NCBI GenBank assembly: GCA_900545805.1
Contig: URAL01000003.1
Location: forward strand, 1,101 to 65,100
Length of the DNA stretch: 64,000 bases
Origin: an uncultured Eubacteriales bacterium
GTDB taxonomy: Bacteria > Bacillota > Clostridia > Oscillospirales > Oscillospiraceae
Direction: 5' to 3'
Positions 63,325 through 64,000 of the stretch are shown here, piece after piece (position 1 is the first letter of the stretch; the number at the start of each line of letters is the position of its first letter). The notes below the pieces were generated by a model that saw only the letters and a list, made by a program, of their open reading frames with translations, was not told the DNA's origin and ran no database searches. A program made the translations under genes and the position numbers.

Positions 63325-63819
63325 ATGAAGAGAACTACCGCCAGAGAAATAGCGGTGCAGCTCAGCTTTTACGCCTGCTCCTGCGAAAAGCCCGTTGATG
63401 AGCTGCTTGATGAGTTTTTCGGCAGAGAGTATTACGATACTCTTGCGCAGGAAAATGAGCTGTTTGCCGAGTACCCCGAAAAAAAGCAGCGCGAGTATAT
63501 CTCACGTCTTGTCAAAACGGTCTGTGACTATCGCATCCAGATAGATAAGCTTATCGAAAAGTATGCTCAGGGCTGGAAGCCGGAGAGAATGTCCAAGACG
63601 GCAATGGCCATACTGCGCTGCGCAGTGAGTGAGATCATGTATATGGACGATATCCCGTCTGGCACTGCGATAAACGAGGCCATAGAGCTTGCAAAGGGCT
63701 ATGACGAGCCGGAAACTGTTTCGTTTATAAACGGTATTCTCGGCGGCATAATGCGCGGAGAACTTGCCGGTGAAGGCATCTCCGAAGGGGAGATAGAGAC
63801 TGTTACGGAGACGGTGTGA
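63325..63819 (+). CDS. nusB: transcription antitermination factor NusB
   Basis: RTTAREIAVQLSF..., AILRCAVSEIMYMDDIPSGTAINEAIELAK. Confidence 0.92.
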   Translation: MKRTTAREIAVQLSFYACSCEKPVDELLDEFFGREYYDTLAQENELFAEYPEKKQREYISRLVKTVCDYRIQIDKLIEKYAQGWKPERMSKTAMAILRCAVSEIMYMDDIPSGTAINEAIELAKGYDEPETVSFINGILGGIMRGELAGEGISEGEIETVTETV

Positions 63820-64000
63820 TGAATCAGGAATGTCTTACCGTATCCGAGCTTAACCAAATAATCAAAAGGCTTATAGACGGCGAGCCCGTCCTTAGCAAGG
63901 TCTGCGTGCGCGGCGAATTGTCAAACTACAAGATATATCCGTCCGGACACCATTACTTTACGCTCAAGGATGCCGAAAGCAGTCTTCGCTGCGTTATGTT
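63819..64000 (+). CDS. xseA: exodeoxyribonuclease VII large subunit, N-terminal part (3' end lies outside the window)
   Basis: LTVSELNQIIKRLIDGEPVLSKVCVRGELSNYKIYPSGHHYFTLKD. The ATG overlaps the nusB stop. Confidence 0.88.
   Translation, partial: MNQECLTVSELNQIIKRLIDGEPVLSKVCVRGELSNYKIYPSGHHYFTLKDAESSLRCVM

Overview
This 64-kb window is chromosomal DNA from a spore-forming member of the Bacillota, most likely a Clostridia/Oscillospiraceae-type organism with GC-rich third codon positions. It is densely packed. I call about 75 protein genes, nearly all on the + strand, plus two convergent tRNA genes (Gly-GCC and Pro-CGG). Many genes have overlapping stop/start codons (ATGA, TGATG), which suggests long operons. 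The content is mostly core housekeeping arranged in blocks syntenic with Bacillus subtilis. These include amino-sugar and cell-wall genes (nagB-glmM, ddl-murF), a type IIA topoisomerase pair, rplS-lepB-rbgA-rnhB, tig-clpP-clpX-lon-engB, scpA-scpB-ytfJ-dacB-rluB, and cmk with an IspH::S1 fusion. They also include carD-ispD-ispF, cdaA-cdaR, yicC-remA-gmk-rpoZ-priA-def-fmt-rsmB-rlmN-stp-prkC-rsgA, and asp23-nusB-xseA. Sporulation genes are interspersed: yaaL-bofA, a SpoIVFA/SpoIVFB-like pair, and a complete spoIIIAA-AH operon preceded by a SipL-like LysM protein. I see no rRNA, CRISPR array, transposase, integrase, prophage, or recognisable defence or toxin system. I cannot honestly point to a clear novel multi-gene system. 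The features I cannot explain are mostly non-coding. One is a terminated, ORF-free transcription unit upstream of the topoisomerase genes. Another is a hairpin-dense 350-bp spacer between the two tRNAs, bracketed by reverse-complement copies of one hairpin. The other notable items are a minimal SpoIIIAG lacking the barrel-forming insertion, a Shine-Dalgarno/ATG retained at the IspH-S1 fusion junction, and a perfect palindromic operator at the RpiR-family regulator promoter. All calls come from reading the sequence and ORF translations; no database search was run.
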